Both the position numbers and the translations under genes were made by a program. 64,000 nucleotides of DNA from contig OZ287695.1 of the NCBI GenBank assembly GCA_965649825.1, forward strand, positions 1-64,000, given 5' to 3'. This document shows positions 22,974 through 36,770 of the stretch, piece by piece. The number at the start of each line of letters is the position of its first letter. Position 1 is the stretch's first letter. Source of the DNA: Penicillus capitatus (Eukaryota > Plantae > Chlorophyta). The notes below the pieces were generated by a model. The model did no database searches. It was given only the letters and a program-made list of their open reading frames with translations, and had not been told where the DNA came from.

Positions 22974-23297
22974 GTGAAAGATAGTCCTGTACTGGATTTT
23001 AGAGCTGGAAAGCACATCGATTATGTGAAGAACGGGAATGTCCACGTATACACGACTCCTGATGTCGGACTTGTAACAGCAGAAGAAATCTGTACTGTTC
23101 ACAGAGCACAGAGGCAGAGAGTCCGTCCCGCTCTCTTGACAGATCATGAAAGAATGGCTAGACAGAAGAGACCCCTAACCTACCTGCTTCATGGTCAGCA
23201 ATTGCAGACTGACATCTGCCGCACGAACATTGATGATCTTCCCAGAAGATTCCCTAAAATGAGCCAATTGTTGGCATATCTTCAACAGACCGTATGA
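22974..23297 (+). CDS. Hypothetical ORF (about 107 codons, no clear ATG start), unknown function
   Basis: Open frame with protein-like composition (DSPVLDFRAGKHIDYVKNG...); no motif recognised. Confidence 0.2.
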   Translation: MKDSPVLDFRAGKHIDYVKNGNVHVYTTPDVGLVTAEEICTVHRAQRQRVRPALLTDHERMARQKRPLTYLLHGQQLQTDICRTNIDDLPRRFPKMSQLLAYLQQTV

Positions 23298-23461
23298 TCC
23301 TGATCTATGTATGCTAACCGCACCGTGCCCGCCACCGTAAATGCAGACCGTATGATCCTGATCTGTGCTAACCGCACCGTGCCCGCCACCGTAAATGCAG
23401 ACCGTATGATCCTGATCTGTGCTAACCGCACCGTGCCCGCCACCGTAAATGCAGACCGTAT
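23286..23461. repeat. 54-bp tandem repeat, three copies plus a partial
   Basis: cagaccgtatgatcctgatctgtgctaaccgcaccgtgcccgccaccgtaaatg at 23286 (58 bp, 4-nt insertion), 23344 and 23398, partial at 23452. Confidence 0.95.
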
Positions 23462-23505
23462 CCTCTATTTATTGAGGTTTCGCGTGGTATTTATCAGACA
23501 CCTAT

Positions 23506-23825
23506 ATGGCAAATCGTTCGACGCGAATGGCGCAAGACCGCATAACTAATGAACAGACTAACCAGTTGGATCAAGAGGTCGCGGGAAACCGCGCTGTCCA
23601 TCGTTTTTTTTATAAGGCGATCCACGTTTTCAAGCTCCGTTTGGCACAAGTGACGCACAACCTGGAAAATCGCGAGGACTTCTTTACCCAACAATGTAAG
23701 TATCGACAACACAAAAGAACTTTGCTTAGTTCTTTTTAGTCGTGTCCAATGCAGAAGAACCTGCGCGAAGAGCGTCGACCACATATGTTGTGAGCGGCGC
23801 AAGATGGGACAGATGGGATCGGTAG
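23506..23825 (+). CDS. Small orphan spliced gene, 91 aa: join(23506..23695,23740..23825)
   Basis: ATG at 23506. A 44-nt intron with GTAAGT donor and ttctttttAG acceptor gives MANRSTRMAQDR...FFTQQFVSNAEEPARR...WDRWDR*. The intron length matches others in the window. Confidence 0.4.
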
Positions 23826-24000
23826 GGCCGGAAACATCCAGAACCTTCGGAATCATGGATAAGAATGAAGTTGATCAGTTGAAGAGACGCATTCGACCGT
23901 TCTTTTAAAAAACCTAAGACTTTCTAGACCTTTCTGAGGGTTTGCCCTTGTCGTTAATCCGTTCATAAACGCGCAGACGCGCAATTTTCGAAGAACGCCG

Positions 24001-24288
24001 ACATATGTCAACACAGTAGGACAAACAATTCAGGCGCTACAAGCAAAACTTGATCAAATCCAAGAAGTTTTGGATGGCAACGCACCTGCGAATCCAATGG
24101 CTGCCAACGCACCTGCGAATCCAATGGCTACCAACGCACACCGTGAGATGTTAGCCACTTTGACCAAGATTATGGTCAATATCAACGATATGGATGCCGA
24201 CATCCAACAAAGAACTGCAGCAATGGATGCCCTCATCGATGGAATTCAGAACACCATTGAAAACTTTTTCAAAGGATTTGTTGTGTAA
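24001..24288 (+). CDS. Hypothetical coiled-coil ORF with an internal 27-bp duplication (NAPANPMA x2); start uncertain
   Basis: Open frame VGQTIQALQAKLDQIQEVLDGNAPANPMAANAPANPMATNAHREML...; no homology recognised. Confidence 0.25.
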   Translation, partial: TYVNTVGQTIQALQAKLDQIQEVLDGNAPANPMAANAPANPMATNAHREMLATLTKIMVNINDMDADIQQRTAAMDALIDGIQNTIENFFKGFVV

Positions 24289-25534
24289 GCAAGCCAGGTG
24301 TGTAAGCTGTCGTTTTTTGCTGCGATTCACTGTCAACGATTACCTCGCCGAATACAAGGGAACGGAGCCTCGTTAATGCGGCCGGATGGGAGGAATGCAA
24401 CACGCCATAGTGCGTTTCGAATAATTCTCCCTTGACGCTCTGACTACAACATGTCGCTTTTTCGAACAACAAATTGAATGATTCCGTTTCCATCTTGATG
24501 CCGGCTGCGTCCAATTGCCCATCCCTGCAGATGAGTGATGTGGTATTCAGGGATAACGTGTGCTTCTGTATGAGTTGCTTTGCATTCTTGTCGAATAATA
24601 ATGACCTAAGAAACGTCTCAATTCAGCGCAACGGCAGAGCACTAACCTCGTCGTGCATACCCGCTCCTTATGGAGACCATGATGGGATGGGTGTCCATAC
24701 GATCGACTGAGGTTCGGCGAGAGAGCCATCTATTCGAATCCGAAAGGATGCGGACCGCCAACGAACCTGGTGAATGTCATTTGGCCGTAACAGTCCGTCT
24801 GCATGGTGGTCGTCTACTTGCATCAGGGAGAGTTCTGTAAAGTCGCCTCGGGAGCGGCTCCGTATGCGGTGAGGGTCGTCAGCACGTAATGCTCGTCGGG
24901 AACACAGAATCCCCCATCGCGATAGCTGTTGCAGAATTCCTAGAATCGCGGCCTGGCATCACGGTCCTCTACTGACAACTGAGCATAGGGTCGCCAAAGA
25001 CTGAATGAACCATTGACTGCTCTTTCTCCAATGGCTCGGATTCAGGTATTCACCAACCATTCGAGGATCATCCCTGGCACAACACCTACCCTTGTCAGCA
25101 GACCAGGGCATAGGACATGCACCGAAAGAGATCGACACCATGCCTAGGATGGCACGCACGTACTCGACTTCGTGTTTCTGACATGAACTGAGCGCAGATG
25201 ACGTCCTGTGTGTAGAGTGGGATACATGAATCAGAGAGCAGCACAAATTTACCATAGACACACAGGTATGGCCGTCATGAGATGTGTCGGTGGTGGAGAT
25301 CACGCACTGGTTATTGGGATCTTTGAGGGCCGATGCCAAAAGAGTATGATCCCCTACGACGGTCATAAAGGTCGACCAGGCGTGACGGGTGTCAACCAGC
25401 AATTCTGTCCCCTTTCCGTAGAATAGACTCTCATTTGGGATCCGATGCGAGACGCCGAGATGTACGTATACAGAAAGAAGAGATTGTGCAGCAATCAAAT
25501 TACGAACACCTGCCTTATCTAGCAGCAAAGACAT
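24269..25534 (-). pseudogene. Decayed protein-coding sequence of unidentified family
   Basis: Long minus-strand frames (24959-25534, 24269-24514) with protein-like composition, broken by in-frame stops. Confidence 0.3.
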
Positions 25535-25549
25535 CTAGATGATCATTTC

Positions 25550-28434
25550 GTATTGGTTGAAGGCACATCGGATGCTTAGTACTTACCGTGCATCAGTCGC
25601 TCTACTTCTTGAATCCTTTGCCGTTCATCTGCGCGTGCTGTTCGATTGATGCGGCCGCCCAGAGACATCAGATTTCTCTGAGGTTGTCTAACAGATGTCA
25701 CACGCTAGTCATACGTGTACAGACATACGGGTTTTATTTCTGTACGGTTCTCTACGAGATCTTTGTCCGACAAGACAGAAGGGTACTGAAAGATTGATGT
25801 AATTGTCGCAGAGAGAGCTTTCCTGTGTGGAGCATTTTCAAACAGCACAGCCAGATCTAGAGTTGATGTGAACTGCTGCTTCCAAGAAAGGCTCTCCAGA
25901 TCGGTTCGTTGCGGATAGACCTGTGGCGAGAAACAACAAAGCAACCTGTAACCACCTCATTGCTCTCCACTTTTGCAGCAGTACGCAGAAAGCGACCTTG
26001 GGAGATCCTTGATGCACATTTTTCATGTCACGGCACAGGAACGCGTGGATAATGGTTGGGTCTTGATCGACTCCCTGACATGTCTAACAAAGCAATCGAG
26101 GCCGCCGCCGTTTTCGAGTTTTCTGACGCTCATGATCCGACTTGACTGAATGTCGCGAAAGAAGTGAAGTCCATCTGACGGCCACCTTTTTCCAGCCATA
26201 AACATAGCTCCTCCTCCGCAAACTCTCCACGAATCGTCACGAGCGATCCCTTCTCTGGTGAAGCGTCTGGTGTGCATTCGTGGAGACAGAGGGGTAGACT
26301 GGCATGTCTCAATGAACTTTTGCACTGATCTTTGGAAGAACGAAGCAGTTCAGGCATCCCGGTCACCCTTCTTGAGCACGGAAGCGCACATTTCATCGAT
26401 TTGCAGGCTCCCAGCAGCGAGAAGTGGCCAATACCCGGTATCCATGATCTTCATCCAGAGGAGATAGACTCAAAATCGCCACACCATTGACAGGCGACAT
26501 CCGTTCAATCTCGACATCGCAGCATACTCCGATGCAGAAGATGCGCTTCTCGGACTCTATCGTAAGAACAGAACAGTTCCTACTGACGTCCAAACAACAA
26601 CGGTGTTCGATGTCCATCGTCATATCCAGAGATGCATTCAGGAAGAAGCCAATCTGCTGCCTGCAAAGCAAGATATTTTGAATATTGAGAGATGATGTGA
26701 CGGACGACATGCTTCGTTTGTTTGACCTGCCGGGCCAGAGCGCCGAACAGCGTGACCACCATGTCCGTGCACTTCAGATGGATGTCGCCGATGACGTTGG
26801 CCAGCTGCGCCCAGTGCAGAACGATCTTGTGCGACGCCATGTTTCTCGACACGACGACGTTGATCATGTACCACACCAGCAGCAAGAAGGCGAAGGCGGC
26901 TGCAAAGCCTGCCGAGCTTCGGCACGGATGGCACTCCTGGATGACGCGGAAGTAGCCGGCGGCGCCCTCGGAAGACAACCTACAGCGCGGATCCAAGTGA
27001 CGGACAGAGAGACGTCTTGTGCTGTCTCACCTGCCGCTGTGCCCTCCTTACAGTCTATCCGGTCCTCCGACGCAGCTGCCAGGAGGATTGCAACTACGCA
27101 CCTCGTTTCGCTGGAGATTGCCGGTCCAGTAACGTTCTTGCGGAACCGGCGGTCGCATTCTGCCTTCGCACGCAGCTTCTTAGGGACACGGCTCACACGC
27201 CGTGCCCGGTTTCATCTCGTGGTTCACGTAACCCTACTTGCACACGCACTGCCCTACGTCCTTGGCTCCACGGACGGTTGTCGTCGTTTCCTCCGCTCCG
27301 GAGAAGGCCTGCACGCCTTCTGCGCCAGTTGATCCGACCAGGTCCCCGATCGGGCAGAAGTCGCAGTGGTCGTCGATCTGATCCAAAAATTCACCCGCGT
27401 GCAGGATTCGCAGGGGTCAAACGGATCCGGAGCAACAAACGCACCGGGCATTCACTCTCCCTGAAGCGGTTCCTCTCCGAATGGTTCGGCAACTCGGTGG
27501 CGAGCATTGCGTCGATACTCGTTGAACTCGACGCCGCCGAAGAAGGTCTCCTCCATCTCCAACTTGACCAGAGCGTCGAGCACACGTTGATATCCGTTGT
27601 CGCTGCCTTCTCCGTCGCACTGATTGGCACTCTCGTTGTAGAGCAGCGCATCGACGTCGCCCCAGAGTCGTCGAGATATCGCAGTCGAACGAAGGCCTCT
27701 CGAATGGCCTGTGTCGGCGTCAATCCGACAGCAGAAGCTCCCACCGCCACGTACGTCGGCGTCTGGCCACTCGAACATCTCTCGGTATCGCTGTGCATAC
27801 CCTGCGCCGAACCGAAGAAGGCATCCTCGTAGTTCAGTCTGCAAGTGTGACTGCACTGCACTGAGCAGGTCTTCTGCGAGAGAGGGCGGCGCGAAATCGT
27901 CCACCCACTCCTGCTTCGTCGGGCCAACCGCCAGGAAGAAATCCTTCCGGGGATACCGGATCCGGTGAAAGGCTTCGACCAGAGCCTTGCCGTCGTCTGG
28001 AAAGACGCATGCCACGACGACTTCGATCTCGTTCTCCCGAACTTCTTTGACGATCTCCAGAGCGACGTCATCCGCGAGGGTCTCATAGAAGGCACACATC
28101 ACTCGGATGCCTCTCTCCAGAAACCGCTTGCCGCTTTGCACGTCGTGCCCGTGAATGGATCGTCCTGCTGGGGAACGAAGACCATGTTGCAGACGTCGGC
28201 CACTTGCATGGACTGAATGGCCAGCTTCGTGTACTGCGAGTCGGAGACCCGAATGCCGTAGTCGGGTCCAACACAGCAGTGATAGTTCAGGACACCAGCT
28301 TCACTGGCCAGGTACATCTGCGTTTCGGCAAAGGCAGGATGAGATCCTCCGGGGACGTGCATCCAGTCCTTTCGGATGAGTGTAAAGGGGCCGAAAATGA
28401 GCGTAGAGAAAGAAATGATTACACGATGATACAT
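25550..28434 (-). pseudogene. Receptor-like membrane protein pseudogene: type-1 periplasmic-binding (Leu/Ile/Val-binding-like) ectodomain, CxxC ephrin-receptor-like repeats and multi-TM C-terminus
   Basis: FFLAVGPTKQEW..., AEDLLSAVQ, YAQRYREMF, LVKLEMEETFFGGVEFNEYRRN match the PBP1 pattern. GTWSDQLAQKACRP and ECHPC are CxxC repeats, followed by hydrophobic segments (AAAFAFLLLVWYMINV, KIVLHWAQL). Several frameshifts. Confidence 0.6.
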
Positions 28435-28749
28435 TGTGTCGTTTCAACCAAGACACTCTTCTGTCTGATTGTCAAACTCTCGTGTAAGAAACCGTGATCT
28501 GTTTTCCTGTCGTCTGGGCGTCGAAGCGATCGCTACGTCACGGGCCTGAGACGGCACTTAACAGATCATCGTGGCCAGCTCCAGCTCCACGTCACATCTC
28601 TAGCAACTGTCCTTTAACCTCGCTGATGCTATCAGCAAGTGGAATGCAACCGAAAAACGCTGAAGGATTTTTACGAAGCTCTTCGACTGGGTGGAAGTCC
28701 ACTAACTAACAAGATGCATCGGCATCGTGGCCAAATCCTGTGGGAGCTA

Positions 28750-31700
28750 GGCAAGAAGCAGGTCCTGTTTGTCAAGGCACGAGATGACGGTGTGGGCGAG
28801 CAGTAGGGTCAGGTATGCAGGAGGCTCGAGGGGTCAGGCGGAAAGCGCTAGACAATGCAACACTGGCAGACGATCTGACGCTTATACAGATACTCATCTC
28901 TATGCTCAAAGATCCCGATGCTCCAAAGGTTGAATCCAGACGCAATGTTCTCGACATGATTTCTGCCATCAGCGCGTGGAGAAGCCGCCGCCAGTCGAAA
29001 GCGAGCCCAAAGCTGCGGAACCGAATGCAGAGGAACGACAGATGGAAAAGAGAGACGAGGCAGAAGAGGAGACAGTGGCGGTCAGCCAACGCGCCGAGGA
29101 CATATTGGCAAAATGCGACCGGAAGAGGCCGTCGGTCTTGCCGCACCTCTCCTTCTCAATGAGAACGGGTAATGCTCCAAACACGTCTCCTTCTCTCTCC
29201 AGCAAGTAAGCCGCGCCATCGTTTGGCCTGCACAACTTGCAGTCCTCTTTGCGTTCGTGGACATCGACTAGGTGATCGGATGTTCGCAAAAAAGGAAGAA
29301 CGTTGTCTGGGTCATACTCGCAGAGTAGATTCACGTACAGTGTACAGTGAGACTTCTTCAGTAGCCAGTTGGCGTCGGCGGACAACGAAACGTTTTCCTG
29401 CTTTTCACACCGAGTTCGTCACTCGCTCGCTGTCGCTGGAACGGATGTTGTGTACATTCGTGGTTCGGGTGCTGCATCCATGGAGCTCTGCAGATACTTG
29501 AACAGTAGCTTTCGACTGCCATGCAGTCCTTGGATAACCGCCTCTTGATCCTTCGGGAACTGACGCATCACCATAGAGACTGAACGCTGTGGATCCAAAT
29601 TGGCCAATTCGCGCATGCAGCAGAGCACAGTACCCGAAAGGCAGTGAGGTTTGTTTTGTGTTTCGGGACATCGAAGCGAATCAAACCTGCAGGCGGATAC
29701 AGCCTCAGATTGTCGAGGACAGTACTTATTCAAAACGGCGTATTCTCGGGATGCACATTTCCTGGTGTGCAAGAACAGAGTGTTATTCGACGACATCCAG
29801 GAAGAAAGGAAGGCATCCGCAAAGAGTGGTGGTTTTAGTCTGCTCCCAGGTTCTTTGTCAGAAACCTCGCAGATCCGCAGACGGATGCCGGATGGAACAG
29901 GGCTCACAGGAACAGGCGGTTCAATTCTGACAGATGGTGCCTCCAAGCTCGGATCTGCTTCGTTGTTCGACGACTGCTCTGTGATAGTTCCGAGATGCGC
30001 ATTCGCGTTCATGCCAATGGGCTTCCCATGCTGCGCAAATGCGGACTCTGGTACGCCATTTGGAACTCGGGGAGTAGATCCTTCGGCAGATCTCGTCGCC
30101 TCACCGTTCACGAATGCATCATAGGCTTCCTGCTCTGTTCTTGAGGATGCTGGATGATCTTCAGACAGATGAGCCTGAGATTCAGATATCAGGGACACAG
30201 GTGTTGAGGCATAGAAGCAGAATCACCGGTCTAGGACTCGATGCCATGGCTTCTTCCTCTAAAAAGTTGGCGTGTCCCGCCAAAGTGGAGTCGGAAAGAT
30301 GACTGGCAGCGTCTCTAGCCGTCGATGCCGTTTGGTGCGAGATTTGGTTGGCGAAGCAGGACAGCTGCTGCAAAATGGCATTCTTGTCTGTGCTCCTCGT
30401 TCTCTTCTGTACGATTCTCTCCCTGGATCCTTCCATCGCGTCGTACACCGTATCAATCGAACGTAAGAACGCATGACGTTTCAAATCTGTTTCCATTTAT
30501 CTTTATTCGTTCGTCCTTGCTTTATCCGATCGTGGGCGTACATTAAAAGAGCTAATACAGCAACATCGTTTTTCCATCAGAGATCGATGTTCACGTGGCA
30601 TGAAATCCAAGACGCCCTGAGATTCTCACATAAGTCACGTCATTTTCCGTGTATTGACGCGTTGCGTGAACGGCGCCTCACGTCGGACGTTCATTCGAAA
30701 CACGTTCGATTGTGTGCGCAGGTAGTAGAAAACACGCCCCCGTCATTGCAAGAGAGAGTGAAAACTTTTCTCTCTTGATGGCTTTCTGCTTGATTCAAAG
30801 ACGGCGTCCGCAGGAATGCGGGGATGGCGCGCTGGATGTGTACGCGTCGTTCGAGGAGCGGCCAAAGCAGCAGCCACGTTGCGGTGCGCGTAGAGAACGC
30901 ACGTCACACCCCGGAGAAAGGTACGCACGTGCCTGGGACATCTAAAGTGTCACAGCCGGCTGACGTGGACAAAGTCGCACCGTTCGCGGAAAGCCGACGA
31001 CCACGACCACCACCACGAGGCAAATATATCCATCACTCTGGCGGTCTGTTTACCGTTTTGATCACGTCTCAGCTGCTACGTGCGAACACTCTCGCAGCAC
31101 AGGACCTGCATCTTCACCGTATCGCGCCCAGGGGTGTAACATCACTTCTTTTCCAATAGATTCTCCACTTCACTGTCAAGGCAGACCAAGCGGGGCTGAA
31201 CGAAATTGGCGGTGCGGATGCCGGACGACGGACTCGCGGAGAAGGAGCTCATGCACGGCCGTGCTGAATCCACCCACACTCTGCTGCCGGCGTCTGTTCT
31301 CTTCGTATCCGCGTTTCGGCGACGTCGACCGAGAATACCTGAAGATCCTCGTGAGCGTCACAGTGGCACTCGACGCAGATGGTCCGCGGACGGCGGATCT
31401 CTACCAGACGATTCACGTGCGCACGGGCTCCAGGGACGACCGCAGTCTACACGGCTGATTCGTGCGTCGATGGCAGAGAGTCTGGCAGAGTATGCCGCCG
31501 TCTGCGACCGACGTCGCGGTGGGCGTCTGCTTCGTGGTCGACACGCTTCTCGAGTCTTTGGATCTCATGGAGTTGAGCGGGAAGAATGCGTGGTGACCGA
31601 CACACGCGATTCCTCGCGTTCGGTCGCGGAGGATAACGCTCGAGTGCATTGCTGTGTGAGTTGAATGCCTTCGATTCTCGCAATTCCCGATGAACACCCT

Positions 31701-33400
31701 TGTTGTACATCACACAGTGTTTGTTCACTCTTCTTGATACGACTGAAGAGTGACGGACGGCGAAGGTGCACACGTCTAGTCTTTTTCTGTTTAAGGTGAT
31801 GCGAACCTCGCACTCGTGAACACCCACCCCGCTACTCTGTCTTTTGCCTTGTTGTCGTTTGCGTGGTCAGGGGGAAGATTATTCGTATGACGACGCGTTG
31901 TTCAGTAGAGAGTCCGTTCGGACAGCAGCACCAAGCAGATTCTTCTCGTTCATCCCACTCCTCGTGCTATTTCCACACCTGCGCTTTGTGCACAGACACT
32001 TACTTCAAAGTGCAGATGTCGCTGCTCCCCCAAAGTCTTCGCCAGTTCTGCGTAATTGCCGTTCGTTGACCGGCCGCAGATAGTTTCAGCCAAATCCTGC
32101 CCGGCGTTTCCTTTTTTTGAGACGCCGAGTGGACAGAAACTAGCGAAGAGGATTTTCTCTGGCTTCCCTACTTCGTCGATTCGCTCACTTCTGACGCTCC
32201 TACTCTACGAGCTAAGCAGACGCCACGAATTCAGCCTGATTCTTCTGCAAGCGCCTTCCAGCGCACATCTCCTGTGTGGTCCAATGATGAATTTCGGGAA
32301 ACCTATTATGCAGTTTTTGGATCAATGATGTCGGAGAAGGGAGACCGAGTGCCTTAGCGAAGTCAAAGTCAAGTTACATTCATGAGAAGACAGTGGCAAA
32401 CGCTATCTGTTCCCATTCGACAACGTTCGCGTTACTCGCTAAACGAAGAGGAACAATATCGGAAGAAAGCCCATCGCGATTCATCACGGACTCGACTTGC
32501 TCATACCTGCTGTTGTCGCATGAGCTTCTGAAGAATACGGACCGTCTTCTTTGAGCTTTCTATCAGTTGTCGACACACTGACAGCAACTATTTCGCACAA
32601 TGCTGTCATTCAAGGTTCGTTTGCAACGTGTTCAGTACATATGAGTCAGAAACACTGTCGACAGTGAAAACGAGAGGCGCACGAAGAGAGACTTCCGTCG
32701 ACTGGACGTCTCGAACAAAACAGGAAAGGTTTGGCAACAACCGAAGAGTTCAATACGGCGACCTGCACAGCGAGTGCCGTCGGTATGTTCTTCCTGAACG
32801 CGTCCAGTCACGTCAGTCACGTGAGAGGCGGACAGTGGTCCTGTCTGCATCACACTTCAGGCGGACGTTCGGGTGAATCGGACTTCTAGTTGTGTGGATG
32901 GCAGACAGGACCTTCCTTTCGCGTCTCTTGCTGTTCACTCGGAAACTGTTACCTCTCTCTGGTGCCTAGTTGTCGCGTCGACTGGAAAGAGGATGGAAAA
33001 GGACTGCCTCTTGGACAAGTTTCCAAACGCCGTTACGCTCGAAGTGCGAGACAGTGAACGTGGACGCGGCGGCCACGGCGACGAACTCCTCGCTCCCTGC
33101 GTGTCGTCGTTGGGCAACCAAACGCATCTCGCTCTCGCGCGTTTTGTCCAGTAGCCTCTTCTTCTCGGGAAACTTGAGCCCGACGCAGCCAGCGCCTTGG
33201 CAATCTCTGCTTTCATTTTCCGCTAAATTGCCTAATGGCCCGTTCATTGCGATTTTCTGGCGACCCTGAGATTGTTGACGGGTCTGACTGTGATGAGGAT
33301 CGGAGGACCGTCGGCGTCCGCATTGCGTGTGGATCCTGTCACCGAGATTCGATTGCAGTACCATGCGGACACGAAAGTCGCGTGCTCGTATCGATTCCCC
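28750..33400 (-). pseudogene. VPS8: Vacuolar protein sorting 8 (CORVET subunit) pseudogene
   Basis: LYVNLLCEYDPDNVLPFLRTSDH...GAAYLLEREGDVFGAL matches the Vps8 clathrin-repeat region; LDVCTF...HCVMYNKG also fits. Many frameshifts and stops; boundaries approximate. Confidence 0.7.
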
Positions 33401-33889
33401 GCCAAGCCCAACCTCCTGAGGAACCTGAGATCAATGAGGCTGGACATTCGCTATCCGAGCTTTTCTGTCAGAGATTCTGTCCGCATCAAGGAGGAACAGA
33501 CTTCAGGTGCTGAAATTGCCCAGTGCGAATAGAATGATGATCAGATGAAACGCCTCTTCTCTAAGTTTCCACCTCTTCGTCGGTTCTCATCTCTCCCTAA
33601 AACTCCTGTCACCTTTCATGTCTAAGGCAGGCGAATTTTAAAGCTTTCGGCTATTATATGCAACACTCTTTTTCATGTTCTGTGTCGTTTGCGCAAGCGG
33701 ATGCATGTTCTTGACAAATGTTTTGCGTCCAACCGGAGACAACTTTGCAGAATTGATTGGCAGCGATGAAGATACCGTGTCAAATTGTAAAGCCGTTTAT
33801 CGAGATTGGGTTTCGACCAATCCTTCATCCTTGGTGCGCTGATCTTCAAAGCTTCCCCTTAGGAACGGTAAACACGTTGAACTAAGTCG

Positions 33890-34273
33890 AGTCGCCGTTC
33901 TTCGTCTCTTTGTCGATCTTGATCAGAGTACATTCGACAGCGGACAGTCGAACATTGTGCGATCACCAATGCCGCAAAGGCTCTTCAGGAGAATGGCGCA
34001 CGTGAGGTCGATGCATGTTCGACGCATGTCGTTTTCAGTCCACCTGCCGTGGAGCACCTCTCAAGCGGCGTCTTTCAAGAAGCGCACCTGTCCCATCGCC
34101 CGCACCTCAGGAGACAGACAGCGCATGTTCTTGGTTATTGTGACGAACACGAGTCCTGTGAGAGATGAAAATCTCTTTCCAGAACTCACCGTCCTCTCCG
34201 TGGCCAATTTATTAGGAGAGACCATCTGGCGAGTGCACAATGTCGCATCTGTCGACGCTTTGCGCCGGGGATG
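33890..34273 (+). pseudogene. PRS: C-terminal fragment of class I ribose-phosphate pyrophosphokinase (PRS1/PRS2-like)
   Basis: ITNAAKALQENGAREVDACSTHVVFSPPAVEHLSSGVFQE and VTNTSPVRDENLFPELTVLSVANLLGETIWRVH closely match the plant PRS1/2 C-terminus. The intervening intron has lost its GT/AG, and the N-terminal two-thirds is not recognisable. Confidence 0.85.
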
Positions 34274-36467
34274 AGGATTTCGCCCATTAATGCCATGCAT
34301 TTAAAGCCGTCGCTTCCGTCGAGTGGCTATTGCATCATGTCATCGGCAGAAGAGAAGTTTCACGCTCTACTGACACGCATCGGCTATCAACCGAATCGCG
34401 CCGTTATCGCCAACCCTTCCGTCAAGACGCCGCTCTGGCCGAAATCCTCCCGTGGATCGCTGAGAACATCACGGACGCGCACATTCTCGATCCTGAACTG
34501 CGTCACGACTATGCGTGCCTCGAAGGACGCCTTTCGCACCCACTGGATCCCGTACGTCCCTCGACGCACGAATACCCATCGCGGCATGTTGAACTGGGTG
34601 GAGTAGGAGGACGGAACGGTCGCGCTGAGCGCAGTCGTTTCGCTGGACGATGAAGAGATGAAAGCATTGGACGAAACGGAGGCCGAATTGGAGGATGAGG
34701 CGAGGCAGAGAGAAAAGGAAAGGGCATTGCTGCAGTCTCTAGCCGACCAGCTCTCAGAACAGATTCAATCGACTAAGCAAAAGTGCGACCTTACACTCTT
34801 TGAGAGAACGAGCAGGAATCGTGTGTGCCAGATTGAACTATGCTTGCAAAGAGGATCGTGTGTTTGCGTGTCCCCTTCTTCGAGCCTCGGAAGAAAAGGC
34901 GACGCTCAAATTCCACGAACTGTCCTTGCAGTTCACTGTCTTTTCCTCCATCTTGCGTGACTTCTTGGAACTAACGAAAAAGCATGGAGCGGAGATGCAT
35001 TTCACCCAGTGCCGCGCTCAGGAGTACTGGAAAAAATCGGAGGACCTTACAAACAAACTCGAGCGGTGAGGAGTGCATGATGTCTCGGAGAGGCAGAGAT
35101 GGGCGTTCGCAGGATGATGCACGACATGATTGCCTCGGAGCATCAGCCAACGCACAGAAATCATCGACTGGATCAATGGTTACAGTTTTCGAATCTCGCA
35201 CAGCAGCCGTGGTTTCTCGAGATCGAACGGTTACGGCAACACAAACAGGCGAGGGGAGTGAAACGCAAGCGCGCTTCTTGAATGAGGTGCACGTGCAGGT
35301 GGCGGCAGTGCATCAGGTTGAGGTGCTCATGTCAAGGAGCAGAACAGACGCAAGATATCGTTTCGTCAAGCAGGCTGCCGAAGATTTTGTACAGAACCCA
35401 GGTATGGCTCACTCCGCACGACAGATCTGTAACGATGCTTCTTGTCGAGGCGTGATTTCTGGATGGAAAAAGATGTCGAGTGCACAAAGGAAGAGTGAGA
35501 ACGCGAAGCTGGCATCACAGAAGAGAGCACAGATGAAGAAGGTCACGTCGCTTCTGCTGGCGACAAACAGACACGTGGGATTGGAGACAACGAGGGAGTA
35601 CCTGACTCGAATCTGCGCGGAAGGGAAGAGCATCTTGATTCGAAAACAAGAGTTCCTGCATCATGTCTGTCGCCATTTGAGCAGACACAGAGTCTATACG
35701 GTGCGTAGGCGATGCCCATATGTGCACTCTCCGGATGTTCGTGTTCGAAGATTTTGGCAGAGATCGAGAAACAGAGGGTCGAAGACATGGTGCTGTATAT
35801 ACACAACCTCGATCAGACCTTCCGGAATGCGACATCGATCATACGATATCGAACAAAGTGTATGGAAAAAAAGTCACAGGCGCCAACCGATTCTATTGAT
35901 CCGAATGATCGATACCTCCAGTCGTTGGCGTCACTGATCAAGGCAAGTGTGTTGTCTGTCACAGAATGTGTGTAAGGACCCCTGTGTGGTGACAGTTCTG
36001 TACGGAGAGGATAGAGAGCAGTCCACAAGTGACATGGTCTATAACGAAGCGTGTGAGTGAGCTCAAGCGTCAGTACTCCAGTTCCTTCTCCGAGACGCCC
36101 GTGAGAGGCCGTGCCGCATACAGTCTCACTCCTGTGTCCAAACTCATCAAAGAGCAACAAGACAGAGCAAAGAAGGTGTGCCTTGGAGATCCCGAGCGTC
36201 CCACGACGCCAGTCGAACACGAAAACAGCCTCCGTCGGCTGTCCGTCCAAGAAGAAGCGTCGCCAGGACTGTCGCTTTTCAAAGATACTCCTGCACAGGG
36301 CGACAGCGACGCCCCCATTCCTTTTCATGCGGTGACCCTTCAGGCCGGCCGTCTGTTGGCATACCCTCTGGCGTCGCACCAAACCTTGACATGTCTCCTC
36401 TCAGATGTGCTCCGATCTATCGTCCAGCCCGAGGTCGAAGCCGTGCAAGGAATCTTCCGACGTGCGT

Positions 36468-36700
36468 TGTTGTGGCGGGGCGGCCGCTCGAACGATCAAT
36501 GCAGCGGAAGTCTTTACAGGCTCGGAGCAGAAGCATTTCAAAGTTCAGAATCGCACATTTATACCCGCAAATTGATGTGACTCACCGAGGCAGGTTCAAA
36601 CACCACAGAAACACGCCTCAGATGAGTCATCAGTGTCTCTCTGCGCGATGAACCCTTTCACCACAAGACAGAATGACATGACCCCTTGTCGAAGACAACA
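36468..36700 (-). repeat. 3' LTR (233 bp)
   Basis: Same sequence as 39854-40086. Confidence 0.97.
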
Positions 36701-36704
36701 TGGG

Positions 36705-36716
36705 CCCACCCCTTTC
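36705..36716 (-). promoter_or_regulatory. Putative polypurine tract
   Basis: Minus strand GAAAGGGGTGGG, 4 nt before the 3' LTR. Confidence 0.6.
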
Positions 36717-36770
36717 GCTTGCGTATACTCCGAAAGCAGGTAAAACCCCCACGAAAAACAAATAATCAAA

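Noticed and set aside
22900-23290. Faint tyrosine-recombinase-like pattern (LRV..., CRLTSAA...W...Y) in a stop-ridden frame
   Set aside because: Motif spacing is too short and matches are too few; another frame is open instead.
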